Assembly: GCA_963693365.1 (NCBI GenBank)
Contig: CAVNZM010000002.1
Location: forward strand, 10,534,328-10,598,327
Direction: 5' to 3'
Source of the DNA: Amoebidium appalachense
Taxonomy: Eukaryota; Protista; Ichthyosporea
DNA: 64,000 bases
Shown: in pieces, positions 1 to 13,679 of the stretch
Numbering within the stretch: the stretch's first letter is position 1
Layout: each line of letters starts with the position of its first letter
Program-made: the position numbers and the translations under genes
Notes under the pieces: model-generated
Told to the model about the DNA's origin: nothing
Seen by the model: only the letters and a program-made list of their open reading frames with translations
Databases searched by the model: none

Positions 1-121
1 CTGCCTGGTCAGTGCTGCGGCCCACCTGCTGTGTGGGGACACCGACCCCGCAGACACGGCTGCAGCCACCGGCGCTAGTGCGTGCCGGCCATAGTGGCGC
101 TGCAGTGCGCAGGGCTGTGTC

Positions 122-1852
122 ATGGGCGCCAAGACCAGGCACGGGCCTGGCCGGGAGGGCCTTGTGGTGCGTGCAGCGCTAGTGTCCAGGTGGGTGGCTG
201 GTTGACGGCTGGCTGGGCGCGGGCGGCCACTGACAGACTGGCGGCAGACTGCTGGTGCTGGTCGCCCAGGCAGCCCTCAACACCCTGGTCAGCGACTATG
301 ACAGCTCCATGGCAAGGTGCGTGCCACCCTGAAGACGAGAAAAACACAAAACAGGAAACTGGCCCCCAAGCTGCTCTGTGTCCAGCCACCCTATGTGCCA
401 GTGTGCTATGCCACCATCACCCACCCTCTCCCCCACAGGGCAACGCCTGGCACAGGGCCAGACCGCTGGGTGGCCACACTGCTGGGTGGCTTCACAAAGG
501 TACAACCAGTGTGGGGAGGGAAGGGGGGGGGGGGGGAGGGGGAGGGGGGGGGGGGGGAAGTAAAGTGAAGGGGTGGCTAAGGGTGTGCAGTGGGACGCAG
601 TGTACTTTGTGCGCATAGGTGGGCAGGGCTACGAATACGAGCACTACCACGGTTTCTTCCCCGCCCTGCCCCTACTGCTGCGTGCTGTTGCCGCCACAGG
701 TACGCTGCTCCTTATCATGCCCCTAGGTGCTCTAAGGCCCAGGCGGGAAAGGCGGGGTGTACGAGCCTGGGTTTGTGTGTGTCCTGGCCTGGTGCTTGGT
801 GCTATTATTAAAAAGGGTTGCTTTGTCATATCCAACATTTGCCCCCCCCCCCCCCCCCCCCCACCCCCACCCCCAATACCACCATCACTACCACCACATA
901 ACAATAAAGCGCACACTTCCAACATGCATGTGAAGAAGCTACAAAAAGAAAAAAAAAAAAAAAAGAAAAGGGGAAAGTGCCCCCCCCCCCCCCCCCCCCC
1001 CTGCTCATGTCTAGAGGTCTCCTTTCGCTCTTAGTTACAGCCAACAAAATAAAAAAAACAAAAACAAAACACAAGTAAGAAGATAACACACAGACAGCAC
1101 ATCACCAATAGTTACAGTACAAACAAACGTATGGTGTGCACCTTTGCATGTACACCTCCAGTACATATTTGGCCCTTTTTTTCCTGCTACCTCGAGACCG
1201 CACCGCTTGTTGGGGAGGAAGATGTGTGTGTGTGTGTGTGTGTGTGTCTGTGTGGGGCGGGGGGAGCGGGGGAGGGGGGGAGGAAAGAACCAGATCTGTA
1301 CTGAGCGGGGTGTGCACAGTGCTATGGCCACTGAGTGGGGTGCTGTCGGCCGAGTCACGGCTAGTGGCGGCTGGGGTGCTGGTGACCAACACGGCCTTTG
1401 TGCTGGCGGCGGTGGGCCTCTACAGGTGGGGGCATGTGGGCCCTGCTAGTGCACGGGGGGGTGCAGCAGCTGACGGTTCTGGGCCACAGGCTGGGCCTGC
1501 AGGTGCTTGGCGATGGCCGGCTGGCCTACCGGGCGGCACTGCTGCTGTGCATCTCCCCGGCCACGGTCTTCATGGCGGCCGTGTACGTGTGCCCAGGTGT
1601 GCTGGGACCACCAGCTGGGCTGCTGACAGGGGCTGGGCCGCAGCTACACGGAGAGTGTGTTTGCTGCCGCCACCTTCTGGGGCATGTACCTGCTGGCCTG
1701 CGGCGCACCCTACAGTGGCTGCTTGTGCCTGGCCCTGGCATCGGCCACTAGAGGTGCGTCCTTTTTTTGCTGGTGGTGGTGGTGGTGGTGGTGTGCGCGT
1801 GTGCGTGCGTGTGCGTGTGCGTGTGCGTGTGTATTTTTTTTTTTCTTTTTTT

Positions 1853-1884
<32 letters not shown>

Positions 1885-2801
1885 GTGGATGGATTCTAAC
1901 GGCTGAGGCAGGCAACGGGATCGTGAACGTGGGGTTTGTGGGCTACGGGCTGCTGCAGAGGCTGCACAGGTTATGGGTGACCCACAGGCTGGGACCCAAG
2001 GTGGGTGGGCCCATGCAGGGGTTCAGGGCCCGTGGGGTGGCTGCTGACATCAGGGGCCTACAGGAGGTGGGGGCTGCTGTGGGGGGGGCAGTGGTGCAGG
2101 GGGCCATGGTGCTGGGCCCCTTTGTGCTGTTCCAGGCCTACGGCTATGCAACACACTGCAGCCCCCCTGCCCGGCCATGGTGCAGCCAGCGTCTACCCCT
2201 CATGTACTCCTTCGTGCAGGAGCACTACTGGTGTGTGCACGGAGGGAGGGGGGGTGCAGGGCCAACGTGGTGCTGACAGGGCTGCAGGCACAACGGGCTG
2301 CTGGCCTACTACCAGGCCAAGCAGCTGCCCAACTTCCTGCTGGCGCTGCCCACCCTGATTCTGGTGGCCGCCTGCCTGCTGGCCTATGCACGCACATGCC
2401 CCCGCCAAGTCATGGCCCTGGGCCTGGCTGCTGACTCAGGTGCACACCCGTGTGCCTGGTGCAAGTGCAGCGTGCATGCTTGGGTGTGGCCACACGTTCT
2501 GCGTTCCACACATGCTTGGGTGTCTGGGGGCGAGGCTGATGCTGGTGGGGCAGCAGCGACAGGGCTGTACCGGGGGGCGGTGTTTGTGTACATGGCGTAC
2601 ATGCTGGGCCTGCTGGTGTTTGCGCTGGCCTTCATGTACATCCAGGTCACCACCCGCTTTGTGGCGGCCTCGTGCCCCACCCTGTACTGGTACGTGGCCA
2701 GCCTGCCCCGGGGCAGGGCGCTGTGGCTGGCCGTGCTGCTGTTCCTGGGCTACGGCTACCTGGGCCTGGCCCTGCACTGCAACTTCCACCCCTGGACCTG
2801 A
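122..2801 (+). CDS. PIGV: GPI mannosyltransferase 2 (PIG-V/Gpi18), multi-exon
   Basis: Spliced peptides MGAKTRH...VVRAALVSR|LLVLVAQAALNTLVSDYDSS, WDAVYFVRIGGQGYEYEHYHGFFPALP, SPATVFMAAVY, MYSFVQEHYW|HNGLLAYYQAKQLPNFLLALP, FMYIQVTTRFVAASCPTLYW and C-terminal LHCNFHPWT* are PIG-V hallmarks. ATG at 122, TGA at 2799-2801. Confidence 0.92.
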
Positions 2802-2818
2802 GGGCCCTTTATTGCGGC

Positions 2819-2916
2819 CTATGTGCTGCCAGCCACACTGCCCCCATGCGCCTGCCCCCGCCCCTGCACTGCTGTCTCCACTGCCTGCATCATCCATGCT
2901 GTCAGTGCCTCGCAGA

Positions 2917-2960
<44 letters not shown>

Positions 2961-5592
2961 GCCTGCATATCGGTGTGTGTCTCGAAGGGTAGGGTGGAGA
3001 TACATTCGCTAGCGGGATAACGAGAGATTTGAAACTTCCCATCCGGCCGTGTTTCGAATGCAATTCAACTGTTTCGCATGTATGCTATAACCCATGTTTA
3101 CGAGACAATCACGAGATATCTGTGATATCTCACCTGTTCCGAATTTCATAAAGCCATGATAGAAAAATAAAGGGAGTGCATGATCTTTTTGCGCGTATCC
3201 CAGTGCATTTGGGGCCAGGAGACAGGCAGGGTGTGGTGTGCACGTGCCTGGGCCACTGGCAGGGCGGTCAAGTCCTGCAGCAGGCCAGCAGCCTGGCCGG
3301 CCACCCTGGCCAGGTCCCTGGGCACGGCAGCCACACCCACGGCATTGCCGGCCACGGCTATGCGCTGCGTGTGCTCCAGCTGCCCGGCCACCTCCCCCAC
3401 AACCTGCCCGGCCCAGTCAGAACCCAGCAGGGGGCAGCACACCGTGGGCCAGCAGGCAGGCACCATTGGCAGTATGCGGTAGGCCATGTCCAGCACGGCG
3501 GCACTGCCGTAGTGCTCCCAGGCCTCGGCCTTCTTGGCTGCTGCTGCCGCCTGCGCCCTGCCCGTCTCCTGCACGGCATAGCCCTCGGCCTCTGCTTTGG
3601 ACTGCTCACACCTCAGCAACCCCCCCCCCCCCCCCCCCCCCTCCGGGGGGCAGGGCCACCCACCCGGATGGTCACCGCCTCAGCCTCGGCCTCCATGACG
3701 GTACGGTTCCTGCAATGCCCCAAGTCAGAACCCCCCCCCCCCCCCCCCTCCCCTCCCCCCCCCCCCCCTCCCCCCTTCTCCCCTCCCCTCTGGTACGGGC
3801 CTCTGTGCACTGGCCATGGACCGCATGCTTGCTGCCTGTGCGTCTGCCGGCTGCCTGACTGTAGACTCCAGCTCCCTTGTGCGCCTGCGGGTCTCCTGCA
3901 CAGCCAGGTCGACCCTGCGCTCTGTCTCGCGCACCTTGACGTCCATGTTGGCGGCCATGATCTCCTGCTCTCTCAGCGCACGCTGCCAGCCGCACGTGTC
4001 AGCCTGGCCCAGCCACAAGTGTGGCACCCCGGTGTGCCATTGCTGGGTGGGCCGCATACCTGCAGGGGGGCGGCCAGCTCGGACTCAGCCTGCTGGTGGC
4101 CCAGCCGCTGCATGTTGGCGCACTGGCGCAGCAGCAGGTCCCGCTCACCACGCTGCTCGGCCGTGCGGGTCTGGTACTGGGCCTCCAGCCGGGGCACGGC
4201 ATTGTGATTTTGCTGCCCCCCAGCCCCAGTCAGTGCCCGGCCCAGCCTGACCCCTCTGCCCGGGGCCCACGGGGGCACCTGTATGAGGGTGTCCCGGGCC
4301 GACTCGGCCTCGGCTATGCGAGCTGCAGCCTTGACCTCGGCCGTGCGGCTGCGGCCCAGCAGCTCCAGATAGCCCCCCTGGTCCTCGATGGCCCTGCACA
4401 CCCGTCAGCCGCTGCACCGTGCCACTGTGGAAGAAGCCAGGTCATAGGGTCCGGGCCTCTTGAACGTGAAAAGGCCGCGGACAGGAGCTTGTACGTGGGG
4501 ACGGGAGAGGCAAGCTTCGTAAACGTGGCTCAGCATGTTAAGTTTTAAGTACAAGTGGCCAGTTGCTACCGTTATCTCTTTGTAGGGGTCAAGAAAAAGA
4601 GCAAACAAAGTCTTGTGTGCTAGCCTGTGGTTTTCTCTATAATTTAGCTCCCGGGGGGGGGGAAGGGGGGGGGGCGGGAGAGGGGGGGGGGGGGGGGGAG
4701 GGGGGTAATATGGGTGGCGCTGGTAGGTGCACTGGCCTACCCTAAAACCTCCTACCCTAAGCCCCAAACCCTCACCACCTGTAGCCAATCATGCCAGCGT
4801 GCACGTACAGACACAGCTTTGGAGCCACAAGCACACACTGCCCTACAAGACACGTGTTCTGCCACAGGCAGCAGGCACACACGTTATGACGTAGCTGACC
4901 AGCTGCAGGCCCATACGCTGCAGGTCCCGCACGGCTATGGTCTCCACGGCCCTGGCCAGTTTGTCCTTGTCGCTGATAAGCTCCTGCCCCCCCGTCAGCT
5001 GCCTGCCTGCCCCCGGGCCCGCCCAATGCCAGGCACGCACCTCGACCGTCAGTGTGCCCACTATGGACCGCTGGTGCGCCTCCTGCATAGCCCCCCGTCA
5101 GCCAGTGGCCAGCCAGGCGCCCCCATATTCAGGCCTGGCACGTACCAGTGTCTCGCGCACGAGGTTTTTGATCTCAGCAGGGCGCTTGCTGGCGAAGTTC
5201 TGTGCGGCCAGAAACAGGCCCTGCTGGTCCGAGGCCAGCTTGAGCTGGGCCACGGCGTGCACGTCCACGGCTATGCCCAGCAGCGTCAGCACGTGCTGCG
5301 AGTCCAGCGCCACCGTGAACGTGTTCTTGTCCAGCCTGCCCCCGCCTGCCTCAGTCCCTGCAAGGCGCACCCGCCCGGGCACACCTACCTCTGTGCCTGC
5401 TGCAGCGGCCACAGGAACACCTTGGTGCTGCTGACGATGGTCGACGGTGAATGGCACAGCCCTGCGCCTCTCTCACTCAGTCCCCTGCTCCCTCCCTCCC
5501 ACTTCCCTTCCTACCCCCCAGCACCCACCTGTGATTACTAGCGCCTCGTTGGGGCCGACGGTCTCGAACCCGCAGCCCCACAAGCTAGCCAT
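2819..5592 (-). CDS. FLOT: Flotillin (SPFH domain plus flotillin coiled-coil), multi-exon
   Basis: N-terminus MASLWGCGFETVGPNEALVITG; also HQRSIVGTLTVE, DLQRMGLQLVSY, IEDQGGYLELLGRSRTAEVKAAARIAEAE, AEAEAVTIR, KKAEAWEHYGSAAVLDM. The inferred last exon 2884-2819 (AVETAVQ...GST*) has a CTGAC branch, a CAG acceptor and a downstream AATAAA. Confidence 0.88.
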
Positions 5593-6437
5593 AGCCGCAC
5601 ATGGCCCACCAGACAGTGCAGGTACTGCCGGCTATCGGGTAACAGCAAACAAGTGCCTTGCACCGTGGCTTATGTCCTTACAAGGGGATAGCTTGTGCAG
5701 CTGTGGGTGTTCTGCAAAGCCAAGCAGCCTGCTATACGGGCACCACTTGGTTGCACAGGCTGCAACCGAGGCACTGCAAACCCACACATGCAATGTACGT
5801 GCAGACAGACGAAGCTACGCACTAGGTAGGCTTTAGAAGACCACACGCGTGTAGCTGGCAGTGAAGTAACACTGCTCTGACTGATGCACCTTGTCTGATA
5901 TGACAGTCACAGACGGCCTGGGTGACAATTATTAGGGGAATTTGGCGCCAAAACCAAGAGGCTCAGCGACTATGTACAAATAGCACAGAGCCGTGACATC
6001 CGATTACACAAGGAGGCATAATTGGCGATGCAAGATACAATATTTGTTATGACCTCGTTCGAGTTTTCGTTGAACAGGATGGGTACTCAGCAGGTGCCAA
6101 GGCAACGCCCCACTCTGCCAAATATTTCTCATATCTTCAGTTAGACATGATACGCGAAAATAAAGCTTTGAAAATATTGGTTCACAGAGCATGCGTGTCC
6201 GATAGTTCTGTGCCTGCTCATCCTGCCTGCTGACTCCTGTACACACTTTCCAGGCTTGGGCGCCATCATAATTTCGAGCATGCGAGGGCGATCTGCATGG
6301 CTGTACATGAGGCCCGTACATGCGCACACGCACACACAATCTGGTGCTGTGCATGCATGCAGCAGCGTGTTGCTCCCCTCTCGTATATACGTGTGTGTGT
6401 GTGTGCAGGCCCGGCTGAGGCCCCGCGCAGGCCAACG

Positions 6438-8226
6438 ATGATTCCCGTTCGGCGGCTGGTGCCGGTGCGGCGGCAGGTGCTGCTGGCCGAGTGGTTTGTC
6501 AAGCTGGTGCGGCCGGACAAGGAGCAGCCGCCCAACGTGGTGACGCTGGCCGTGCCGCAGCAGATGACCAAGCTGGACATCAAGAACTACCTGACCAGCA
6601 TATACGGCGTGCAGGTCGAGAAGGTGGCCACGCTCAACGTGCTGGGCAAAACCAAGCGCCACCCACAGACCGGCCGCCTGCACAAGCGGCCGGACTTCAA
6701 GAAGGCCTACGTGTACCTGCAGAACGAGACCTTCACGTGCGTAGCCCCTCAACACACACTGTGCACGTGCGCACTGCAGCACACGTACGCAAACACACAC
6801 CCAGACACCTACACTTGCAAACGTGCGCATGCACGCAAACGTACACGTACGAGCACGTGTGGCTACAGGCACATATGCTTGTGGTAGCAGCCTTTTTTTC
6901 TGTGTGTATACGGACACTGTGGCATATGTACTGTCACACGTGGCACTTCTCCTTACATGCACTAGGGGCATCATAGCGCAGCAGCAGGCCACCGACACAC
7001 TTGCATGCACACACGCCCTGGAGCAAAACGGACACCTTTGAGCATACACCCACCCTTGAGCATGCACACACCCCTCTTTGAGCGTACACACACACACCAA
7101 GCACACACACACCTTTGAGCATACACACACCCTTGAGCGCACACCCTTTGAGCATACCACACACCCTTGAGCACACACACACCCTTGAGCACACACACGT
7201 CCTTGAGCATACACACACACACCCTAGCACACACACATACGCACCTTTGCACACAATCACAAACACACCCGCTCACATGCACCCATACCCCTGCACACAT
7301 ACACAGTTGCACATACTTGCACACTCGTACACATATACGTGAACAACTTGCAGATGCATCTGGGTGTGTGGCTGCGCACAATTACACTCGCACTTGCAGG
7401 CAATCGCACACGCTCACATACTTACATACACTTGCACACGCCCGCACACGCACACACACGTAGGCATCCACACACGCACGCACACGCGCACACATGCAGG
7501 TACACACGCACGCACGCACGCACACCCGCCCTCCTGCCTGCCAGCCCCCCCCGCCCGCCCGCCCGCCTGCCCGCCCGCCCGCGCGCATGCGCACACGCAT
7601 ACACACACAAGCACATCTAAACACACACGTGCGCATACACACATCCTTGCAGACACACACACCCGAAGCACACACTCATAAGCACACACATACTTTGACA
7701 CACGTTTGCAAGCACCCACACTCACACAAACACACATATTTGTACACGCACACATTTGCACACTCTGCTGAACACGTTTGCTAAGGTGAATACTCATATG
7801 CAATCTTGTTGCCACACGCACACATACACACTCTTGCACCCGAGGGCACACACACACTCTTGCACCCATACATGAATGCATCTGCACACAAAACACACGT
7901 CCGTGTCTGGAAGCACAGACACGTCCTTTGTACAAAGGAGGGAGAGAACCGGGCTAGTGGTCCATCAGGGTGGTAGTGGTGGCGGGGCACATACATACGT
8001 GGGAGGGAAAAAGGAACGAGGGGCAGAGGGAGGGAAACACTCAGGAAAACAAGGAGACACACACACATGCACACGTGTACATACACACGCACGTGCACAC
8101 ACACGCACACATGCATGCACACACGCACACAACACACACACACACACACATGCACACACATACACATATATACTCACACGCGCGCACGCATGCACGCACG
8201 CACACACCAGAGCGCACTCATGCGCG

Positions 8227-8279
<53 letters not shown>

Positions 8280-8655
8280 ACTTGCGCGTACACACATAAC
8301 GCACACATGCAAGCACGCACAAGCGTGCACGCACACACACACGCACACGCGCGGACATACCCACATTCTCACGCATGCACGCACATACGCATGCGCGCGC
8401 GCGCACACACACACACACACATCCTCCCGTCCCTCCTTCCAGTGGGAAGGAGGAGAGGAGATCGACCAGGGAGGGAGGTCGGCCGACCATTATTGCCCTG
8501 GCACGTGTGGGGTGCATGCTGACTGGTTGGGCAGGTTTCCGGAGTTCAACTGGAGGCCCAAGAAAGCGCCCGAGGCAGCGGGCAGTGCCGCCAGCAGCAA
8601 GGAGCAGGAGCAGCAGGCCCTGGAGCAGCGCATGCAGCAGGAGGGCTTCGAGTAG
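6438..8655 (+). CDS. MRPL23: Mitochondrial ribosomal protein uL23m
   Basis: [53 protein letters not shown]...[15 protein letters not shown] intron at 6737-8534 joins ETFT|FPEF. The start codon is uncertain because upstream exons are possible. Confidence 0.9.
7030..7230. repeat. ~20-bp minisatellite (CCTTGAGCA(T)ACACACAC) in the MRPL23 intron
   Basis: About 8-9 degenerate tandem copies of the CCTT(T)GAGC core separated by CA runs. Confidence 0.8.
7230..8420. repeat. Degenerate (CA)n/(CG)n microsatellite field
   Basis: CA-rich low-complexity sequence filling the rest of the MRPL23 intron. Confidence 0.85.
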
Positions 8656-8832
8656 CTTCCAGGGGTGCACGGAAGGCTGGCATGGCTTCAAATATCTTAT
8701 CTGGCATGCGGCAGGGCTTCAAGCATCTTGAACGACATGCAGCAGGGCTTTAAATATCTTGTATGACATGCAGGGTTTGGGATTTCAAGTATGTTTTATT
8801 GCGCACAGTACGAGTACCACACATTGCACGTA

Positions 8833-10861
8833 TCAATACAGCAAGCGGGCGTTCTGGCGGGCCAGGCGCAGAAAGCGGTCGACGGTGTCTATGGCCACGT
8901 GGCAGGCCTGTGCATGGCCCCGCAACTCGGCAACCTGCTCCGTCAGCACAACCACGGCCGGGCTGCCCTCCTGTGCCCAGCAATCAGTGCTACGATCCCT
9001 GCTATATGGAGGGCAGCGCAGGGAGGGGGGCATTGAAGACGGTTGGGGGAGAAAAGGGGGCGCAAGATGGACGGCATGCATGTGTGTGTGGTGTGTGTGT
9101 GTGTGTGTTCCTCATGGTGTGAGGTGTGTGTCTGTGTGTGCGTGTGTTCCTCGTGCGCGCACACACATGCGTGTGTGTGTGAGTGTGTGTGTGTATGGTG
9201 GTAGTGATAGCATCGAACGGCACACAGGTGTGTTTGTTAGTAATGGAAGTTGCGGTTGGTGCGAGTGCATGGTGTGGGCGGGCAGGTGGGCAGGCAAGCG
9301 GGGGAAGGGTGGGGAAGCAATGGTCGAAGGGGTTGAAGGGTATGGTGGGGGGGGGGGGGGGGAGGGGAGGGGGGGGCTGCATAGAATGAAGGGCATGCAC
9401 ATGGGATAGGATGAGGGCATGCAAACGCGGAAGGAAGGTGTGTGTGGGGGGGGGGGGGGGAGGGGGGTAGCAAAAAGGAGGAAATGAAATCAGACACCAG
9501 GCACCCTCAAATTGCGCAGACAACAGGGCACAGCCAAGCGCCAGCAGATTGGGGGGCAGGGCACCTGGCTTGGCTGCTGGGTGTGGTGTGCAAAGTAGCG
9601 TGCGCAGTGCAGCAGCCGGGCCTCGGGCCCATTCTGGGGCAGCTCTGCCACGGGGTCCTGTGCACTGGTGGGCCCCATGGCCTCCTCCCGGGCCTGGGCC
9701 CGGACCCACGGGTCCCCCTGTTCCCCCATGAGCATGTGCATGTGGCCAGCCGGCATGCACTGCCGGGCCGCACCTTCTGGAAGCGGTCCTCTAGCCAGCG
9801 GGTGGCCTCTCTTGCCTGGCGGTTGGCCCGGCCCGTGCCCTTCTTGAGCTCGTCCAGGCCGGCCAGGGCCACCAGCGGCACCAGGACCACGTAGCGCTGC
9901 AGCCCCACAATCTCCTTGATGCCCCTGCCCCACAGTCAGGCCCCACCATGCCCCACCCACCACCCCTCCTGCACGGCACCCACCGGAGGTTGCTGACGAA
10001 GCAGCCCACGTCGGGGATGGCGTATAGGGCCAGGGCATAGGGCTGGGCCCCTGAGCGCTGGCGCAGCACCTGGCCCTCCAGGGCCTGCACTTCGGTCTGT
10101 GCACCAGTCAGCCCTGCCTGCCCCGGCACCCTGCTGCCTCACAGCCCCATGTGCCCACCTGCAGCCGCTGCTGCGCCATGGCCCGCATCACCTCGCCCTT
10201 GCGCCGCCGCTCCTGCCCCCGGGCATTGACAATCAGCCCTCGCCCCCACACACCCTAGCCAGGCAAGCCTGCCCAATGCACCCTCGACCCATGGGCATGC
10301 ATGGGGTCACCTGGGGGCCACCCACCTCGTCTGTGCGCCAGCTGTCGATGGCCTGCTCCAGGGTGGCACCGGCCAGGTCCTCGGCCACTGTGGTGTGGTA
10401 CCCCCCCTGCTGCGGGTCCACAGCCATGGCGGCCACCACCCCCTCCACCCCCGTCAGCACCCACCCAGCACACCTGCAGGGCCTGTCAGGGACCTACCGG
10501 CAGCGCCGCAGCGGTCTTCATGAAGGCCAGCAGGCGGGCCGTGCGGTGGGCCTCTGCCTGGGCCCCATGCAACGTGCTGCAGCCCCTGCAGCCCGTCAGC
10601 AACCCCCCAGCATGCAGCCCCTGTCCTGCCTGGCCACCTACTCGTGGCCGGCACTTGGGAAGGCCAGCATGGTGTGCAGGGGGGCCAGGGGCGCAAAGCC
10701 CCGCAGTGCCACGTCCTCGCCAAGCGCTGTGCCTCCTGTCAGTGGCCATCCCTGCATTCCTTATCCCCCCCTCCCCCCTCACCAACCTGGTGTCCATGTG
10801 TCCGCCTGGTCACTTGGTGCAGGTCGAGTTTGCTGCTGCCCAAAAAAACAGTTCAGCCATC

Positions 10862-10907
<46 letters not shown>

Positions 10908-13002
10908 GGAGGGAATGGTCTAACCAGTGCGCGGGCTAGCCAGTGTGCGGCCATGGTGTCGGCCAGGGCCAGGGCCTGGGGGGTGGCCTGGGCCGTCAGC
11001 TGGTTGGCCAGCAGCGCCATCACAACCCAGAACGGCTGCTCCTCGGCACCGGCACTGTGGCAGTGGGCCCCGGTTGCATGTCAGCATACACCATGACAAA
11101 ACGTGCATGCACACAGATGTACCCATGTGCACCCACGTTCACGTGTACACACCGCACACACGGAGAGACAGACACAGGCACACATCCAACGTGTACATAC
11201 ACACACAAACACAATACCCATTTACCTGCACACTCCAACCCGCCCTTGCATGCGCAGCACGTACACAAGGACCTGCACGCACCCATCCCACACACCTGTC
11301 GAGCTCCGATATAGCGGCAGGCAGCAGCAGGGGCTGGGGGCTGTCTTTTTGGCTGAGTGAGGCGTCCAGCTGGCACAGCATCCTGCAGCCCTGTCCTGTC
11401 AGTGGCCATCCACCCCCAGCACCCCCCAGCCCCACCTACCAGTCGCCAAACACCACCAGTGCCGGCAGCAGCACCCTGCTGGCCCGCTCACAGCCCCCGT
11501 GCAGGTCCTGCCCGGTCCCTGCATGCCCTGTCAGTGCCCGTGTCATGCCTGGCCGGAGATGCAGGTTGCAGGTCATGCCTTGCAGGGCCAGGGCCCTAAT
11601 CATGGCCATAGCCGTGTGCTTGAACATCAGCAGCCCCAGCCGCTGCACCAGCCCCAGCCCCTCAGTGCTGTTGGCCCCCTGCCCAGGCCCTTCCAGGTTG
11701 TCAGCTCGCTGCAAACAGCCGCAGGCAACCAAGGCCCTTGGGGGGGAAGCTACCATGGGCTAGGTGGTGGGCCATGGCCATGTTGACCACCTGGGCCTTG
11801 GCCAGCAGGCTGCCGTCCAGCCCAGACATGCTGGGGCCCAGCAGCCGGTCCAGCATGCAGGCCCAACCACCCACCACCCCCGCCACCTGCCTGTTGGCCT
11901 CAACCACCCTGCATGGCCCCACCAGTCAGCCCCCAGCCCTGGTGCAGCCGGGGCCAGGACCAGGGCACGTACTCTGCCCGGGCAAACAGGGCCTGGTGCA
12001 GGGCCGCAAACCCTGTGCAGAAGTGCTGCAGCAGCTGCTCCACAGGGCACGTCCCCTGCATGTCCCAAGGTCAGCCCCCACCCACGACCCTGCAGTGAGC
12101 CTTCACATGCAGACCGGCCCAGGCCCCAGCCATGCCGCCAAGCAGGCCAGCCTGTGGCCGGGCAGGCACCCAACAGGGGCCCAAGTCGGGGGGGCATGGC
12201 CACGGCCACGTGCACGCACCAGATCCATGGGGCCCTGCAGGGCAGCAGCATGGGCCCGTGTGCGGTCCAGGCAGCCTCTGATGTTGTCGGCCGCATTGCT
12301 CAGTGTGCGGGTGGCCCCCAGCCTGCATGCAGCCCTAAGTGCCCTGCCCAGATGGGGGGGGGGGGGGGGGGGGGAGGCCTACGCCCTGCAGTAGCAGTAG
12401 AGGGCATCAAACAGGGTGGCCCGCTGGCTGGAGTACAGCACCCCCAGCTGGTTGAATGCCCGCCCTGCCACCCCGTGAGCACCCACCCCCTGCATGCATT
12501 GGCCCCCTCCCCCTGGCTGTGTACCGTCATCGGAGCACAGGCTGTAGGCCTGCAGATAGTAGCGCCGTGCAGCCTGCTCGGCCACAGAGGCATCCTCCCC
12601 CCCGTACATGCTCTGGTAGCGTGCTGCAGGCCCGGTCAGCACCATGCCGGCATAAGCATGCCCCCCCATTGAAGAAAGCAGAACCACACTGCTCCTTCAT
12701 AGTCCCATGGTTGACAGTGCATGTCTTGTCCATTTGATCCCCCCCCCCCACAAAAAAAAAACAAAAAACAAAAAAACAAAAAACAAAATACGTGTGCAGG
12801 GGCCCGCACACCACCAACTGTTCTGGGCATCCAAATATATACGGAGGAGGGGGGGGAAGGGGGGAGGGGAGGAATGCATTAAGATTTGAAGGTAAACCAA
12901 TATTATTCAAACGTAAGCAATCCCTATTTAGTCAACCGACAACAACCTTGGAGCAAAACGAAACCAGTACGAAAGTGCAGGAAGCAAATTTCATGAGCCG
13001 GG

Positions 13003-13098
<96 letters not shown>

Positions 13099-13389
13099 CG
13101 CGCGCGCAGTGTATGTGTGTGTGTGTGCGTGCATGTAAGCAAGTGTGATGCTGCCGTGTCTGTGTCTCTGGTGGTGTCGGTAATGGTGTTGCGGCATATG
13201 CGTGTGTATGTGAAGTGTTTGAAGTAGATGCTTGTATTAGTGTGTGTATGTGTGTCCCGTTGTGCAAGTGCTAATTTTTTTTTTTCGTTTTCCTTTTTGT
13301 TTTCTTCTTCTTCAATTTTGGTATGCTTGTGTGTTTGTATGTGTGTGTATATATGTATGTATGTGTGTATTTATGTATGTACGTATGTA

Positions 13390-13432
<43 letters not shown>

Positions 13433-13629
13433 GCGCACGTGTATGTGAGCTGGTGCTGGGTGGGTGCGCGCGTGCGTGTATGAGTACCGGTGTGCGTACG
13501 TGTTTGTGTGTATGTGTGTGGTGCTGGCCAAGGCTTGTGCGCGTGCGCGTGTCGGTAGTGCTGCGACTGGTGCATGCATGCATGTGTGTGTTTGTGTGCG
13601 TATGTGTCTCTCTGTGTGTGCGTGTGTGT

Positions 13630-13679
<50 letters not shown>

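Noticed and set aside
3146-3247. Flotillin C-terminus as given by the unspliced ORF (ARAHHTLP...IMAL*)
   Set aside because: It runs into AT-richer intron-like sequence. A downstream exon with branch site, acceptor and poly(A) signal fits better, though this is unconfirmed.
6141-8522. Long ORFs rich in HT/CV dipeptides (also at 12900-13800, 16250-16780, 18500-19300, 21250-22180)
   Set aside because: These are translations of (CA)n/(TG)n microsatellites, not proteins.
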